A stretch of 64,000 nucleotides of DNA from Bacteroidales bacterium. GTDB lineage: Bacteria > Bacteroidota > Bacteroidia > Bacteroidales > ML635J-15. A model generated the notes under the pieces. It saw only the letters and a list, made by a program, of their open reading frames with translations, did not search any database and was not told where the DNA came from. Position numbers and translations under genes: made by a program. Every line of letters starts with the position of its first letter. Position 1 is the first letter of the stretch. The stretch covers positions 6,670 through 70,669 of the forward strand of contig JAITXI010000077.1 of assembly GCA_031284905.1 (NCBI GenBank), in the 5' to 3' direction. Below are positions 47,788 through 58,400 of this stretch, piece by piece.

Positions 47788-47795
47788 CAAAGTTA
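47788..47795 (-). promoter_or_regulatory. Bacteroidota-type -7 box (TAACTTTG on minus strand) directly upstream of nqrB
   Basis: The plus strand reads CAAAGTTA. It lies 17 nt upstream of the nqrB ATG. Confidence 0.45.
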
Positions 47796-47981
47796 TAATA
47801 AAAAATAAATATTTTCAAATAATATCGAAAACAATTTCTATTAATTACTTAAAAATATTTATTTTCTCTAAATTTTATCAAAAATTTGAATCCAAATTTA
47901 GTAATTTTAGAGATTTGGCTTCAATAATTCTATTTTTTTGCAAATATAAAATATTATTTCTCTGAAATTTTTCCCAAAGCA

Positions 47982-49454
47982 TCACTCAATTTCCCATTCA
48001 AAACTGTCTTTTTTATCTTTTACGATAATTCCGTTTTTTTGAAGTTCGTTTCGTATGAAATCGGAAGTTGTAAAATCTTTATTTGTTTTTGCTTGTAAAC
48101 GTAAATTCAATACCATATCAATAATATTATTTAACATTTCACTATTGTTATGATTATCAGCAGTTTCGTTTGTTATTCCTAAAATATCAAATAAAAAAAT
48201 ATCAAAAATATTTTTCAATAATTCCAAATTTTTAGCATCAATTTTTTCTTTTCCATCAGAAATAGAATTTATAGATTTTGTCAAATCAAACAAATATGAA
48301 ATTACAATTGGAGTATTCAAATCATCATTCATTGCTTCATAACATTTATTTTGAACTTCAATTATTTCAGTTGTTGATGAGTTTTCAGGTTTTATTTTTA
48401 ATAATGTATCGTAAGCCTTTAATAATCTGTTTAATCCTTTTTCAGCAGCTTGTAAGGCTTCATTTGAGAAGTCTAAAGTACTGCGATAATGTGCTTGAAG
48501 GATAAAAAAACGAATTACCATTGGAGAATATTCTTTTTCAAGAATTTTATTATTTCCGGAAAATAAATCACCCAGAGTAATAAAATTTCCTAAAGATTTT
48601 CCCATTTTTTGTCCATTTATTGTAATCATATTATTATGAACCCAGTAATTAATTGTTTTTTCACCAACCGCAATAGTATTTTGAGCTATTTCACATTCAT
48701 GATGTGGAAAAAGTAAATCCATACCACCACCATGAATATCGAATCTTTCGCCAAGATATTTATGTCCCATTGCAGAACATTCAAGATGCCAACCAGGAAA
48801 TCCAACGCTCCAAGGAGAATTCCATCTCATAATATGTTCGGGGTTTGCTTTTTTCCATAAAGCAAAATCATAACTATTTTTCTTTTCAGATTGTCCGTCA
48901 AGTTCTCTTGTGTTTGAATATAAATCGTCTAAAATTCTTCCGGATAAAAGCCCATAATTATATTTCTTAGAATATTTTTCAACATCAAAATATATTGAAC
49001 CATTACTTTCATAAGCATATCCGGCATCAATAATTTTTTGTATCATTTCCATTTGTTCAATAATATGACCGGAAGCATGTGGTTCGATACTAGGGTCTAA
49101 AACGTTAAGTTTGTGAATATCGTTATGATAGCGATTTATATAATTTTGAGCAACTTCCATCGGTTCAAGTTGTTCGAGTTTTGCTTTTTTTGCAATTTTA
49201 TCTTCTCCGCTATCAGCATCATTTTCAAGATGCCCTACATCTGTAATATTTCTCACATATCGAACTTTATAGCCAAGATGTTTCAAATATCTAAAAAGCA
49301 CATCAAAAGTAATTGCCGGACGAGCATGACCTAAATGTGCATCTCCATAAACAGTTGGTCCGCAAACATACATTCCAACAAACGGGGAATTAATTGGCTT
49401 AAATTCTTCTTTTGTTCTACTTAACGAATTATAGATATTTAATTTCTGTTCCAT
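47982..49454 (-). CDS. cysS: Cysteine--tRNA ligase
   Basis: HLGHARP (HIGH) and KMGKSLGN (KMSKS) motifs. 490 aa. Confidence 0.97.
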   Translation of the reverse strand: MEQKLNIYNSLSRTKEEFKPINSPFVGMYVCGPTVYGDAHLGHARPAITFDVLFRYLKHLGYKVRYVRNITDVGHLENDADSGEDKIAKKAKLEQLEPMEVAQNYINRYHNDIHKLNVLDPSIEPHASGHIIEQMEMIQKIIDAGYAYESNGSIYFDVEKYSKKYNYGLLSGRILDDLYSNTRELDGQSEKKNSYDFALWKKANPEHIMRWNSPWSVGFPGWHLECSAMGHKYLGERFDIHGGGMDLLFPHHECEIAQNTIAVGEKTINYWVHNNMITINGQKMGKSLGNFITLGDLFSGNNKILEKEYSPMVIRFFILQAHYRSTLDFSNEALQAAEKGLNRLLKAYDTLLKIKPENSSTTEIIEVQNKCYEAMNDDLNTPIVISYLFDLTKSINSISDGKEKIDAKNLELLKNIFDIFLFDILGITNETADNHNNSEMLNNIIDMVLNLRLQAKTNKDFTTSDFIRNELQKNGIIVKDKKDSFEWEIE

Positions 49455-50176
49455 ATTATTTTTATGGTTTTATATTTTTAATTTTTTACAAAATTAGCAC
49501 AATTTTCATAATTTTCATATTTGTCCTTATATTTTAGCATGTAATTATAGTAGAAACACATAATTGTGCTACGCTTTAGTTCTTTATCTGCATTTGTTTG
49601 TAAGTTGCTTTTCGTAAGTGTCTTTTGTCTTTATGCTTATAACCAACAACACAGCTATCTATAATAAATGTAGCTCAAAAAATTTCAATCTTTCTTATAC
49701 ACTACACCTTGTTAATATATGAGAAATATTTTGCATTTTTGTTGCCAAAAACGCTATTATACAATTAAAATCAAACCAGAAAACAAGCAGGTCATTGCAG
49801 AAGGCAGGTACACACAGCCAAGAGTTGTACAAAAACACGATGCTCTACATTTAACATAAATTGACCAACCGCAAATTATTTGTATAATGAGGTGTACGTT
49901 TTGTAAAAATAAACGATAGGCAACTATGGATTTTGTAGTCATATTTTGTGAATCTTGGCTATAGCTTAATGCATTATAAATTTTTGCTACATATTTATTC
50001 TAATATATTTTAAAAACTTCGGGGCTACAAAGCCATCTTTTAAAACGTTAAACTAACAAATCATTAATAATAAATCATTTACGTTTTAATCCATGTTAAA
50101 ATTTACCTTGTTTATTTGTTTTTTTACAAAATATTTTTTGTACGATTTTTGTTTACAATAATAAAAATTTAACAAA

Positions 50177-50518
50177 ATGAAAAAAGCAATAATATTATTT
50201 TTTTTACTAGCATTTGGATTAACAACAGTAATTTCTGCACAAAAAGTTTATAGTTGCGACTATAAAAGTGATGCAAAAGTAAAAGTTTATGTAACTCATT
50301 ATAAAAGTGATGCCGATTTAGTAGTTTATCGTTGTGATTATAAGAGTGATGCTACTGACAACAAAGGTTTATGGTATTTTTGTCATTATAAAAGCGATGC
50401 CGATAAAACCATTTATTTTTGTGATTACAAAAGCGACTCAGATATAATAATTTATTTCACTGACTATAAAAGTGATGCCGGTTGGCAAAATAAAGAAAAA
50501 CAGTACTTAATGTATTAA
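50177..50518 (+). CDS. Small secreted protein made of six YKSDA-type repeats
   Basis: Signal peptide followed by six units: CDYKSDAKVKVYV, HYKSDADLVVYR, CDYKSDATDNKGLWYF, HYKSDADKTIYF, CDYKSDSDIIIYF and DYKSDAGW. Confidence 0.75.
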   Translation: MKKAIILFFLLAFGLTTVISAQKVYSCDYKSDAKVKVYVTHYKSDADLVVYRCDYKSDATDNKGLWYFCHYKSDADKTIYFCDYKSDSDIIIYFTDYKSDAGWQNKEKQYLMY

Positions 50519-50617
50519 TAATTAAATTTTGGCAAAAATAAAGTTTACAAACTTTAAACCGACAAGCAATTGGAATTAGCTTGCATAATTAAAAAAATCT
50601 TTTTAAATTGAATAATA

Positions 50618-51256
50618 ATGAAATTTGACAAAGAATTTAAAGAAGCAATAAGTCATTTAGACTCAAAAGAAAAAGATAAACTTATTTTAAGATTACAGAA
50701 AAAAGATATTGACTTAGCAAATCGTCTTTATTTTGAACTCGTTTCCGGAGATAGCATACAAAATCGTAGCGAAATAGCAATAAAAAGCATACAAAAATAC
50801 TTTTCTGACCTCAGGATTAGCGGTAGTTATTTTTCTCCCGGAATTTTCTCCATGTATTTCCGCAAATGTATTGGTATGATCACCGAACATGTAAAAATAA
50901 CACAGGATAAATACGGTGAAATAGTACTCAATATTATGGTAATTTCTTATTTTTCAGAAATTTGTAATAAATATATAGAAAAACACAACTTCAATGAATC
51001 GTATAATTTTAATAAATATTTTGTTGCTAAAATTTTTAAATTAATGATTCTGATTAAAAAAATAGATGAAGATTATTTTATTGATTTTGAAGACGGTTTA
51101 GAAAAAATAGGAAATTTAATAGAAAAATCACTGCAATTAAAAAGAGTTGCTATCGAAAATGGACTTGATGTTAATTGGTTAATTTTCAAAAACATACCGG
51201 ACAATATCGTAGAAATTGAAAAAGATTTGCGACAACGAGTATCCTTAAAATCATAA
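50618..51256 (+). CDS. Hypothetical cytoplasmic helical protein
   Basis: 212-aa ORF with no signal peptide and no recognised motif. Confidence 0.55.
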   Translation: MKFDKEFKEAISHLDSKEKDKLILRLQKKDIDLANRLYFELVSGDSIQNRSEIAIKSIQKYFSDLRISGSYFSPGIFSMYFRKCIGMITEHVKITQDKYGEIVLNIMVISYFSEICNKYIEKHNFNESYNFNKYFVAKIFKLMILIKKIDEDYFIDFEDGLEKIGNLIEKSLQLKRVAIENGLDVNWLIFKNIPDNIVEIEKDLRQRVSLKS

Positions 51257-51285
51257 ATTAATATTTTCAAAATTATCTTTATAAA

Positions 51286-53175
51286 ATGTGTGGAATTGTC
51301 GGAATTATTAATAAAAATGCTTTCAATTATGAAAATAAATTGAAACAGGCAATTTCTTTGCTCAAAGAACGAGGTCCTGATTATTCCAATTATTTTATCA
51401 ATAAAGATATAGGTTTCGGGCATACTCGACTTTCGATTATTGATACATCAGAAGCAGGAAATCAACCATTTATTGATGAAACGAAAAATTTTATCCTAAT
51501 TTTTAATGGAGAATTTTACAATCATCAACAATTTCGCAAAGAATTAGAAAATGATGGAATAAAATTTATTTCACATTCAGACACAGAAATTTTATTATAC
51601 TTATTAATAAAATACAAAGAAAAAGCTATTGAAAAAATTAATGGAGATTTTGCTTTTGCTTTTTACGACATCAAAAATAATATTTGCATTATTGCACGCG
51701 ATAGATATGGAATTAAACCATTATATTATTATTATTATGAAAATAATTTTATATTTGCTTCCGAACTAAAAGCAATTTTACAATTTGATATTCCAAAAAT
51801 TCTAAATAATACAGCTTTAAGAACTTATTTTCAATTAAATTATATACCTAACAATCAATGTTTTATAAAAAATATCAAAAAATTAACTCCGGGGAAATAT
51901 CTTAAAATAAAATTTGACGAAAAAAGATTTGGAAATCTAAACGAAATTCCTTATTATGAACTTAATTGTACTAATAATTATCAAAATATTAATTATAAAT
52001 CATCTTATGAAAAACTCAAAATATTATTAGATAATGCAGTTTCACAAAGATTAATTTCAGATGTTCCAATAGGCTGTTTTTTAAGTGGAGGAATTGATTC
52101 CTCAATAATAACAGCATTAGCTTCACAGCACACAGAGCATTTGAATACATTTTCAATAGGATTTAAAGATAATAATTTTTTTGATGAAACAAATTTAGCT
52201 GAAATTGTTGCAAAAAAATTTAATACAAATCATACGACTTTCAAGGTTTCAAATGACGATTTATTGCAAAATATCAACGAAATATTAGATTATTTTTCTG
52301 AACCATTTGCCGATTCATCTTCAATTGCTGTTTATGTTTTGAGCAAACTAACTCGTCAAAAAGCAACTGTTGCATTATCAGGAGACGGAGCTGACGAAAT
52401 TTTTGCCGGATACAACAAACATGCTGCTTTATACAGATATTTTAATTCAGGTTCAAAAGAAAAAATTGTTGCAAATCTAAATTTATTATGGAAAATTCTT
52501 CCAAAATCAAGAAACACAAAAATTACAAACACAATTCGTCAATTATACAAATTTTCAAACGCTGCAAAACTGTCGAATCAAGAAAAATATTGGTTTTTAG
52601 CATCTATTGGCAATGAAAATTATAGTAATTTATTATTAAAACCAGATATTAGTAATGAAGAATTTGAAATTTTTAAAAATAATTATTTACCAACAGATTT
52701 TTCAGATTTCAATAAAATCTTATTTTCAGATATGAATTTAGTTTTAGCTGGCGATATGCTTGTCAAAACCGATTTAATGTCGATGTCAAATTCATTAGAA
52801 GTCAGAGTTCCATTTCTCGACCATAATGTTGTAGATTTTGCATTTTCATTACCTTCGGAATATAAAATCACTCAAAATTGCAGAAAAAAAATTTTAAGAG
52901 AGAGTTTTGCAGATATTTTACCAGCAGAAATTCTCAATCATCCAAAACACGGTTTTGAAGTACCGCTCACGAATTGGTTACGTAATGAGTTAAACTATTT
53001 AATAATAACAAATTTAAACGAAACTTTCATAAAAGACCAAAATATTTTTAATTATCAAATAATAAAAAAACTAATTGAAAAACTAAATAGCAAAAATTCA
53101 GAAGATTCCGCTTCAAAAATTTGGGCTTTAATTTGCTTTCAAAATTGGTGGAAGAAATACGAAATAAATAATTAG
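51286..53175 (+). CDS. asnB: Asparagine synthase (glutamine-hydrolysing)
   Basis: N-terminal MCGIVGI nucleophile. PP-loop SGGIDSS. 629 aa. Confidence 0.93.
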   Translation: MCGIVGIINKNAFNYENKLKQAISLLKERGPDYSNYFINKDIGFGHTRLSIIDTSEAGNQPFIDETKNFILIFNGEFYNHQQFRKELENDGIKFISHSDTEILLYLLIKYKEKAIEKINGDFAFAFYDIKNNICIIARDRYGIKPLYYYYYENNFIFASELKAILQFDIPKILNNTALRTYFQLNYIPNNQCFIKNIKKLTPGKYLKIKFDEKRFGNLNEIPYYELNCTNNYQNINYKSSYEKLKILLDNAVSQRLISDVPIGCFLSGGIDSSIITALASQHTEHLNTFSIGFKDNNFFDETNLAEIVAKKFNTNHTTFKVSNDDLLQNINEILDYFSEPFADSSSIAVYVLSKLTRQKATVALSGDGADEIFAGYNKHAALYRYFNSGSKEKIVANLNLLWKILPKSRNTKITNTIRQLYKFSNAAKLSNQEKYWFLASIGNENYSNLLLKPDISNEEFEIFKNNYLPTDFSDFNKILFSDMNLVLAGDMLVKTDLMSMSNSLEVRVPFLDHNVVDFAFSLPSEYKITQNCRKKILRESFADILPAEILNHPKHGFEVPLTNWLRNELNYLIITNLNETFIKDQNIFNYQIIKKLIEKLNSKNSEDSASKIWALICFQNWWKKYEINN

Positions 53176-53179
53176 AACC

Positions 53180-54376
53180 ATGACAAAAGTATTACGAATA
53201 CTTAATCGCTTTAATTTAGGCGGACCTACTTACAACGTTGCATACCTCACAAAATATATGTCACCGGAATTTGAAACATTATTAATAGGTGGCAAAAATG
53301 AAAAATCAGAAAAGAATTCAGAATATATTGTTGAAAATTTAGACATTCATCCGACAATAATTCCTGAAATGCAAAGAGAAATCAGCCTTATTAATGACTA
53401 TAAAGCATATCTAAAAATAAAAAAAATCATAAAAGAATACAAACCGGATATTGTTCATACGCACGCCTCTAAAGCAGGAATGCTAGGTCGTTATGCTGCC
53501 TATCGCTGTAAAGTTCCAATAATTATTCATACATTTCACGGACATGTTTTTTATCAATATTTTAATAAATATCAAACATTATTTTTCAAAAAAACAGAAC
53601 GATTTTTAGCCAAGAAAACTGATGCTATTATAGCCATAAGCGAAATTCAAAAATATGAATTAACAAAAATTCACAAAATTGCTCCCGAAGAAAAATTCAG
53701 AGTAATCCCACTAGGATTCGATTTAGATAGATTTCAAGAAAATTATGAAGAAAAAAGAAAAAATTTCCGAAATCTTTATAATATTTCAAATGAAACAATA
53801 GTAATTACAACGATTGGCAGACTTGTTCCTATAAAAAATCATAAACTTTTTATAGGTGCCATTGCTAAAATTAAACAACAAACTGATAAAAAAATAATAG
53901 CATTAATTGTAGGAGACGGAGAACTCAAAGAAACACTTATTACTTTTGCAAAAAATCAAAATTTGAATTGTCAGATTCAAAAAGAAAAAATTGAAAGTCC
54001 GGATATTATTTTTACATCTTGGATAAAAGAAGCTGATATAGTATTAGCAGCAAGCGATATTGCCGTATTAACATCCTTTAATGAAGGCACACCCGTATCT
54101 TTAATAGAAGCACAAGCAGCAAATACGCCTGTCGTTTCTACAAATACAGGAGGAATTGAAGATATAATTTTAAAAAACAAGACAGGATTATTATCCGAAA
54201 ATAATAATATTGAAAATTTCTCCGAAAAATTATTACAATTAATTGAAAATGATGAATTAAGGAACACAATGTCTGATTTTGGTTGGGATTTTGTAAAAAA
54301 CAAATTTCATTATACAAGATTAGTTAATGATATGAAAAATTTGTATAATGATTTATTAAACGAAAAAAATATTTAA
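53180..54376 (+). CDS. Glycosyltransferase family 4 (GT-B)
   Basis: EGTPVSLIEAQAANTPVVSTNTGG (E-x7-E region). 398 aa. Confidence 0.88.
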   Translation: MTKVLRILNRFNLGGPTYNVAYLTKYMSPEFETLLIGGKNEKSEKNSEYIVENLDIHPTIIPEMQREISLINDYKAYLKIKKIIKEYKPDIVHTHASKAGMLGRYAAYRCKVPIIIHTFHGHVFYQYFNKYQTLFFKKTERFLAKKTDAIIAISEIQKYELTKIHKIAPEEKFRVIPLGFDLDRFQENYEEKRKNFRNLYNISNETIVITTIGRLVPIKNHKLFIGAIAKIKQQTDKKIIALIVGDGELKETLITFAKNQNLNCQIQKEKIESPDIIFTSWIKEADIVLAASDIAVLTSFNEGTPVSLIEAQAANTPVVSTNTGGIEDIILKNKTGLLSENNNIENFSEKLLQLIENDELRNTMSDFGWDFVKNKFHYTRLVNDMKNLYNDLLNEKNI

Positions 54377-54415
54377 AAACACAAAAAAAGTTTTTTATTT
54401 TATTAAAAAAATTGT

Positions 54416-54423
54416 TAACTTTG
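54416..54423 (+). promoter_or_regulatory. Bacteroidota-type -7 box (TAACTTTG)
   Basis: TAnnTTTG match 40 nt upstream of the ATG at 54463. Confidence 0.45.
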
Positions 54424-54462
54424 AAATTAAAATAATTATAGTATAAATTAAACAAAAATATT

Positions 54463-57400
54463 ATGAGAAAATTGACTAAAACCGTTGTCTTTGTTTGCAT
54501 GTTGGCTATGTTGATAGTGTTACCTTTAATAAAAGGAAATGCACAAACCAATGACAAAAAATTTTCAGAAGGCACTTTATACATAAAAATTAAAAGCAAT
54601 ATTGCATTGAGTGTTTCAAATAATAAAGGAAAAACTGACCCCAATGACATTTATTTTTTGCAAAAATTTGTAAATAACTATCAAATAACAGCAGTAGAAT
54701 TTCCATTTATTTCAACAAAAAGTGATATTTTACAAAGGACAATGAAAATTGAATTTAAAGATGTTGAAAACACTATTTCTTTAATCAACAATCTTAAAAA
54801 TATTAAAGAAATTGAATATGTTGAGCAAGCTCCAATTTACAGAACTGCTTCGTACAGTGAGCCAGATGATCCATATTTTAACAAAGAAGTTACCGGAAGT
54901 TATTTGAGTAATAGTTTAGGAACGACTAACACATCTTGGTTCTTAAATTTGATTCACGCACCAGAAGCATGGGTGCTCACTGATGGAGGACAAGATGTTA
55001 CAGTTGCAGTATTAGATAATGCATTTTTTACAACTCATCCTGATTTGACAAATAAAATTATAAGTACATATAATTTATCTGATTTGCAAATTATTTCTAA
55101 TGATGTTGAACCCATATTACCAACTTATGCTTGGAGCCATGGAACTCAAATGGCAGGAATTATTGCAGCAGAAACAAATAATGGAACAGGCATAGCATCT
55201 GTTGGAAACGAACATGTAAAATTAATGGCAATAAAATTAGGAAATGATATTGGACAAGCTGATGAAATATTAAATTTGCCTGAAGGAATTATCTATGCAG
55301 TAGATAACGGAGCAAAAGTAATAAATATATCAATGGCTACAACGGTATGGTCAGAAACTTTACTTCAAGCCGTAAACTATGCAACTAACAAAGGCTGTGT
55401 AATTATTGCAGCAGCAGGAAATAATGAAAGTTCCGAAAAATGCTATCCGGCAGCATTCCCTAACGTAATTGCTGTTGGTTCTTGCAATTCCAATGACACA
55501 AGAAGTTCTTTCTCTAACTTCGGAGATTGGATTGACATATATGCACCGGGTGGATATTCAACTACTGGATACCAAAACTCATTAGGAAGATTTTCTATTT
55601 TAACGACAAGTGCTAACACCGCCGGAACTATTAATGATATTCTGAATGGAGATAGTGGCGGAGCAGGCTCTTATTCAATAGCAGGAACTGGTTTAACAGG
55701 GAACTATGATATCATTTGGGGAACATCTGCTGCGACAGCTGTTGTTTCCGGAGTTTGCGGTTTAATATTATCTGTTAATCCAGATTTAACAACAAATCAA
55801 GTAAAACAAATATTAATTCAATCAGCAGATGGAACAAATGCAGGAATTAGAGTAAATGCTCTCAATGCTGTTCAAATGTCATCAACGAGTGCTTTAACAG
55901 ATAGTTTAACAGCCAATTTCGAAGCAGATATAACTTCAATAAATTTAGGCGAAACCGTAACCTTCACTAACACATCAATTGGGCATTATACAAATGTAGA
56001 ATGGACTTTTGAAGGCGGTAATCCTTCAACTAGTACAGACGCAAGTCCTTCCGTAACCTATAATATTCGTGGACAATTTGATGTTACTTTAAAATTAATA
56101 AATATTGATCCTACACCAATAATTAAAGATACATCTAAAATTATGAAAGATTCGACATTAACAGTAATAACCACTCCTATATTAGATGAAAATAATACTC
56201 AAATCGGAGAGACAATTGACTCTATTTGGAATGTTACAGCAGATACATTAACGAGAACTGATACCATATATAACATTTTAAACGAAACGACAGAAATTAA
56301 ATCGAAATTAATTTTAGTTGGAACACAAGTTGAAAATATGAATGAATTAGCAATTTCAGCTCTTCGCGAACAACTATTAAATTTAAACAATGGTTATTCT
56401 GTATTAAAAATTGAACCGATTAATCGAGATACAGTTTTGGCATTATCATACAACGATATAGAATATTCATTATCAACGACATTTAATGCGGGAACAACTT
56501 GGATATCATCTCTTATAACAATCCCAGATATTGATACGATTTTCGATTTCACAGCCACAAGTAATGAAGACATTATGATTTTAGCTTCCACTGACACGGG
56601 AAACCAAATTGGACTATATCTTTCAAATGATGCCGGAGTAACTTGGACATACAATATCTCTGCATTCCCAGGTTTTATAGGGGACTTCAAAAAGATTCAA
56701 ATGCTTTCAGACAGTATAGGCATCTGCATAGGACAAGAGGAAACGACAAATTATACTAAAATATATCGAACAACTAATGCCGGAATAAATTGGGTATTAA
56801 TCAATGTTACCGATACAGTTACAAATAATCCGTATTTAGACGGAATTACTTCTAACATTTTTACAAATAATTCTATTACAGCTTTCGGAACCGTTGCCGG
56901 TAGAATATTCACTTCAACTGATTTAGGAGAAACTTGGGATCATTCTATAATTTTTGATACAACAGAAAATTATTATGTTAAATCTGTATCCTTTGCAAAT
57001 GCAAAAAAAATAGCAGGTAATGTTTTGCAAGGTTTGGTGCTATTAAGAACAGAAAATAAAACTAAATTATTGAAAACAATCAATGGAACAACTTGGACAA
57101 ATGTAAATATTAACACTTTTAACGGAAACATTGAAGATATTTGTATCAATCCGACAAATGAAACAATAAAACCAAATAATAACAATAATGCAAACGAATA
57201 TGTTGCAATAGTAACAGATACTATAACATATAAGATTAAAACTATGTACTCTCGTAATGGTGGTACTGCTTGGCAAATAGTTGATTCTGCAATACTTTAC
57301 ACCAACATTGCACTTTATGATTTTCATAGAGGGTGGTTTGGTGGTAAAACATCAGATTTTTCAGGAGGAATTTACAAATGGTTTGATGTTCCTGAAATAA

Positions 57401-58326
57401 TTTCTCACAAAGTAGAAATATACGAAAGAGACACTCTCGGATTTGTTAATAATGATTTTCTAAAACTTCCAAAGGAACATTTCTACATAAAAACAATTGA
57501 ACCTGATAATAGAAATACCGTTATTTTGCAAAAGAATTTCGGCTCAATGTTTAGGTTCTATTATACTACTGAAGGACAACAAAATTCTGCAGAAATTAGA
57601 GGAATATCTATACCTATAAATAATTTACAGAGAGCGATATATACTCAAACAATTGAAGCTCATAATGGGGTTCGTTATAATTCACAATTAGATTCTATAA
57701 TTGTGAAAACTAGACGACATCCATTCATATTTATTCACGAAAATGGAAATCCTGTCATTTCTAATACTATAGATACTACAATTAATACTCACCAAGTTTT
57801 CCAATACACTGTGCGAATTTATGATACAGACTATGATGCATATCACGCTCCAATGGGAATAACAGGTGAAAATATCCAATTTAATTGTATTTTACCCCCA
57901 TCCGGTGGTTCTCCAAACTATAGTTGGTTATCTTTTACTGATAATTATGATACTACTGCAAATTATAAAACCGCAACATTGTTTGGAACTGCAGCAAACC
58001 CAAGAGAAGAAACAATTTATGTGAAATGTACTGATGGACTGTTTACAGATACTCTTAAAATAGTAATTCATGTATTAATTGGCTTAGAAACAAACGAATT
58101 AGATAATATCAATATTTATCCTAATCCAACTACAGACAATATTTACATAACTAATGCCGAAGGAATGAAATATGACATTATTGATATTACAGGTAAAATA
58201 GTTCTTTCAAATTCTATAATAAATTCAGAAGAAACTATTAATATTGAAAATCTACGAACAGGTAGCTATTTTATTAAATTCTATGGAAATAATAAAATTT
58301 CTACTAAAAAAATAATGAAATTATAA
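54463..58326 (+). CDS. Multidomain S8 subtilase: propeptide, catalytic domain, PKD, Asp-box beta-propeller-like region, T9SS CTD
   Basis: Catalytic triad contexts VAVLDNAF, SHGTQMAG and GTSAATAVVSG. PKD (VTFTNTS...VEWTFEGG). Asp-box motifs SNDAGVTW, STDLGETW, TTNAGINW and SRNGGTAW. C-terminal INIYPNPTTDNIYIT...GSYFIKF. Confidence 0.9.
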   Translation: MRKLTKTVVFVCMLAMLIVLPLIKGNAQTNDKKFSEGTLYIKIKSNIALSVSNNKGKTDPNDIYFLQKFVNNYQITAVEFPFISTKSDILQRTMKIEFKDVENTISLINNLKNIKEIEYVEQAPIYRTASYSEPDDPYFNKEVTGSYLSNSLGTTNTSWFLNLIHAPEAWVLTDGGQDVTVAVLDNAFFTTHPDLTNKIISTYNLSDLQIISNDVEPILPTYAWSHGTQMAGIIAAETNNGTGIASVGNEHVKLMAIKLGNDIGQADEILNLPEGIIYAVDNGAKVINISMATTVWSETLLQAVNYATNKGCVIIAAAGNNESSEKCYPAAFPNVIAVGSCNSNDTRSSFSNFGDWIDIYAPGGYSTTGYQNSLGRFSILTTSANTAGTINDILNGDSGGAGSYSIAGTGLTGNYDIIWGTSAATAVVSGVCGLILSVNPDLTTNQVKQILIQSADGTNAGIRVNALNAVQMSSTSALTDSLTANFEADITSINLGETVTFTNTSIGHYTNVEWTFEGGNPSTSTDASPSVTYNIRGQFDVTLKLINIDPTPIIKDTSKIMKDSTLTVITTPILDENNTQIGETIDSIWNVTADTLTRTDTIYNILNETTEIKSKLILVGTQVENMNELAISALREQLLNLNNGYSVLKIEPINRDTVLALSYNDIEYSLSTTFNAGTTWISSLITIPDIDTIFDFTATSNEDIMILASTDTGNQIGLYLSNDAGVTWTYNISAFPGFIGDFKKIQMLSDSIGICIGQEETTNYTKIYRTTNAGINWVLINVTDTVTNNPYLDGITSNIFTNNSITAFGTVAGRIFTSTDLGETWDHSIIFDTTENYYVKSVSFANAKKIAGNVLQGLVLLRTENKTKLLKTINGTTWTNVNINTFNGNIEDICINPTNETIKPNNNNNANEYVAIVTDTITYKIKTMYSRNGGTAWQIVDSAILYTNIALYDFHRGWFGGKTSDFSGGIYKWFDVPEIISHKVEIYERDTLGFVNNDFLKLPKEHFYIKTIEPDNRNTVILQKNFGSMFRFYYTTEGQQNSAEIRGISIPINNLQRAIYTQTIEAHNGVRYNSQLDSIIVKTRRHPFIFIHENGNPVISNTIDTTINTHQVFQYTVRIYDTDYDAYHAPMGITGENIQFNCILPPSGGSPNYSWLSFTDNYDTTANYKTATLFGTAANPREETIYVKCTDGLFTDTLKIVIHVLIGLETNELDNINIYPNPTTDNIYITNAEGMKYDIIDITGKIVLSNSIINSEETINIENLRTGSYFIKFYGNNKISTKKIMKL

Positions 58327-58342
58327 TAAAAATATAAAAAAG

Positions 58343-58381
58343 AAGTAAGAGGCTGTCAATGTTGGCAGTCTCTTACTTTTT
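58343..58381 (+). terminator. Strong intrinsic terminator
   Basis: A 15-bp stem. AAGTAAGAG (58343-58351) pairs with CTCTTACTT (58370-58378). The inner part is GCTGTC/GGCAGT with G-U pairs around loop AATGTT. It is followed by TTT. Confidence 0.85.
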
Positions 58382-58400
58382 AAAATAAAAATTAAAAATC

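Noticed and set aside
49785-49825. SRP (4.5S) RNA-like string CAGGTCA…GAAGGCAG…CAGCCAAG, which recalls the E. coli helix 8 sequence
   Set aside because: I cannot draw the required GNRA-capped helix with symmetric and asymmetric loops, and there is no extended 5'/3' closing helix. The similarity is probably coincidental.
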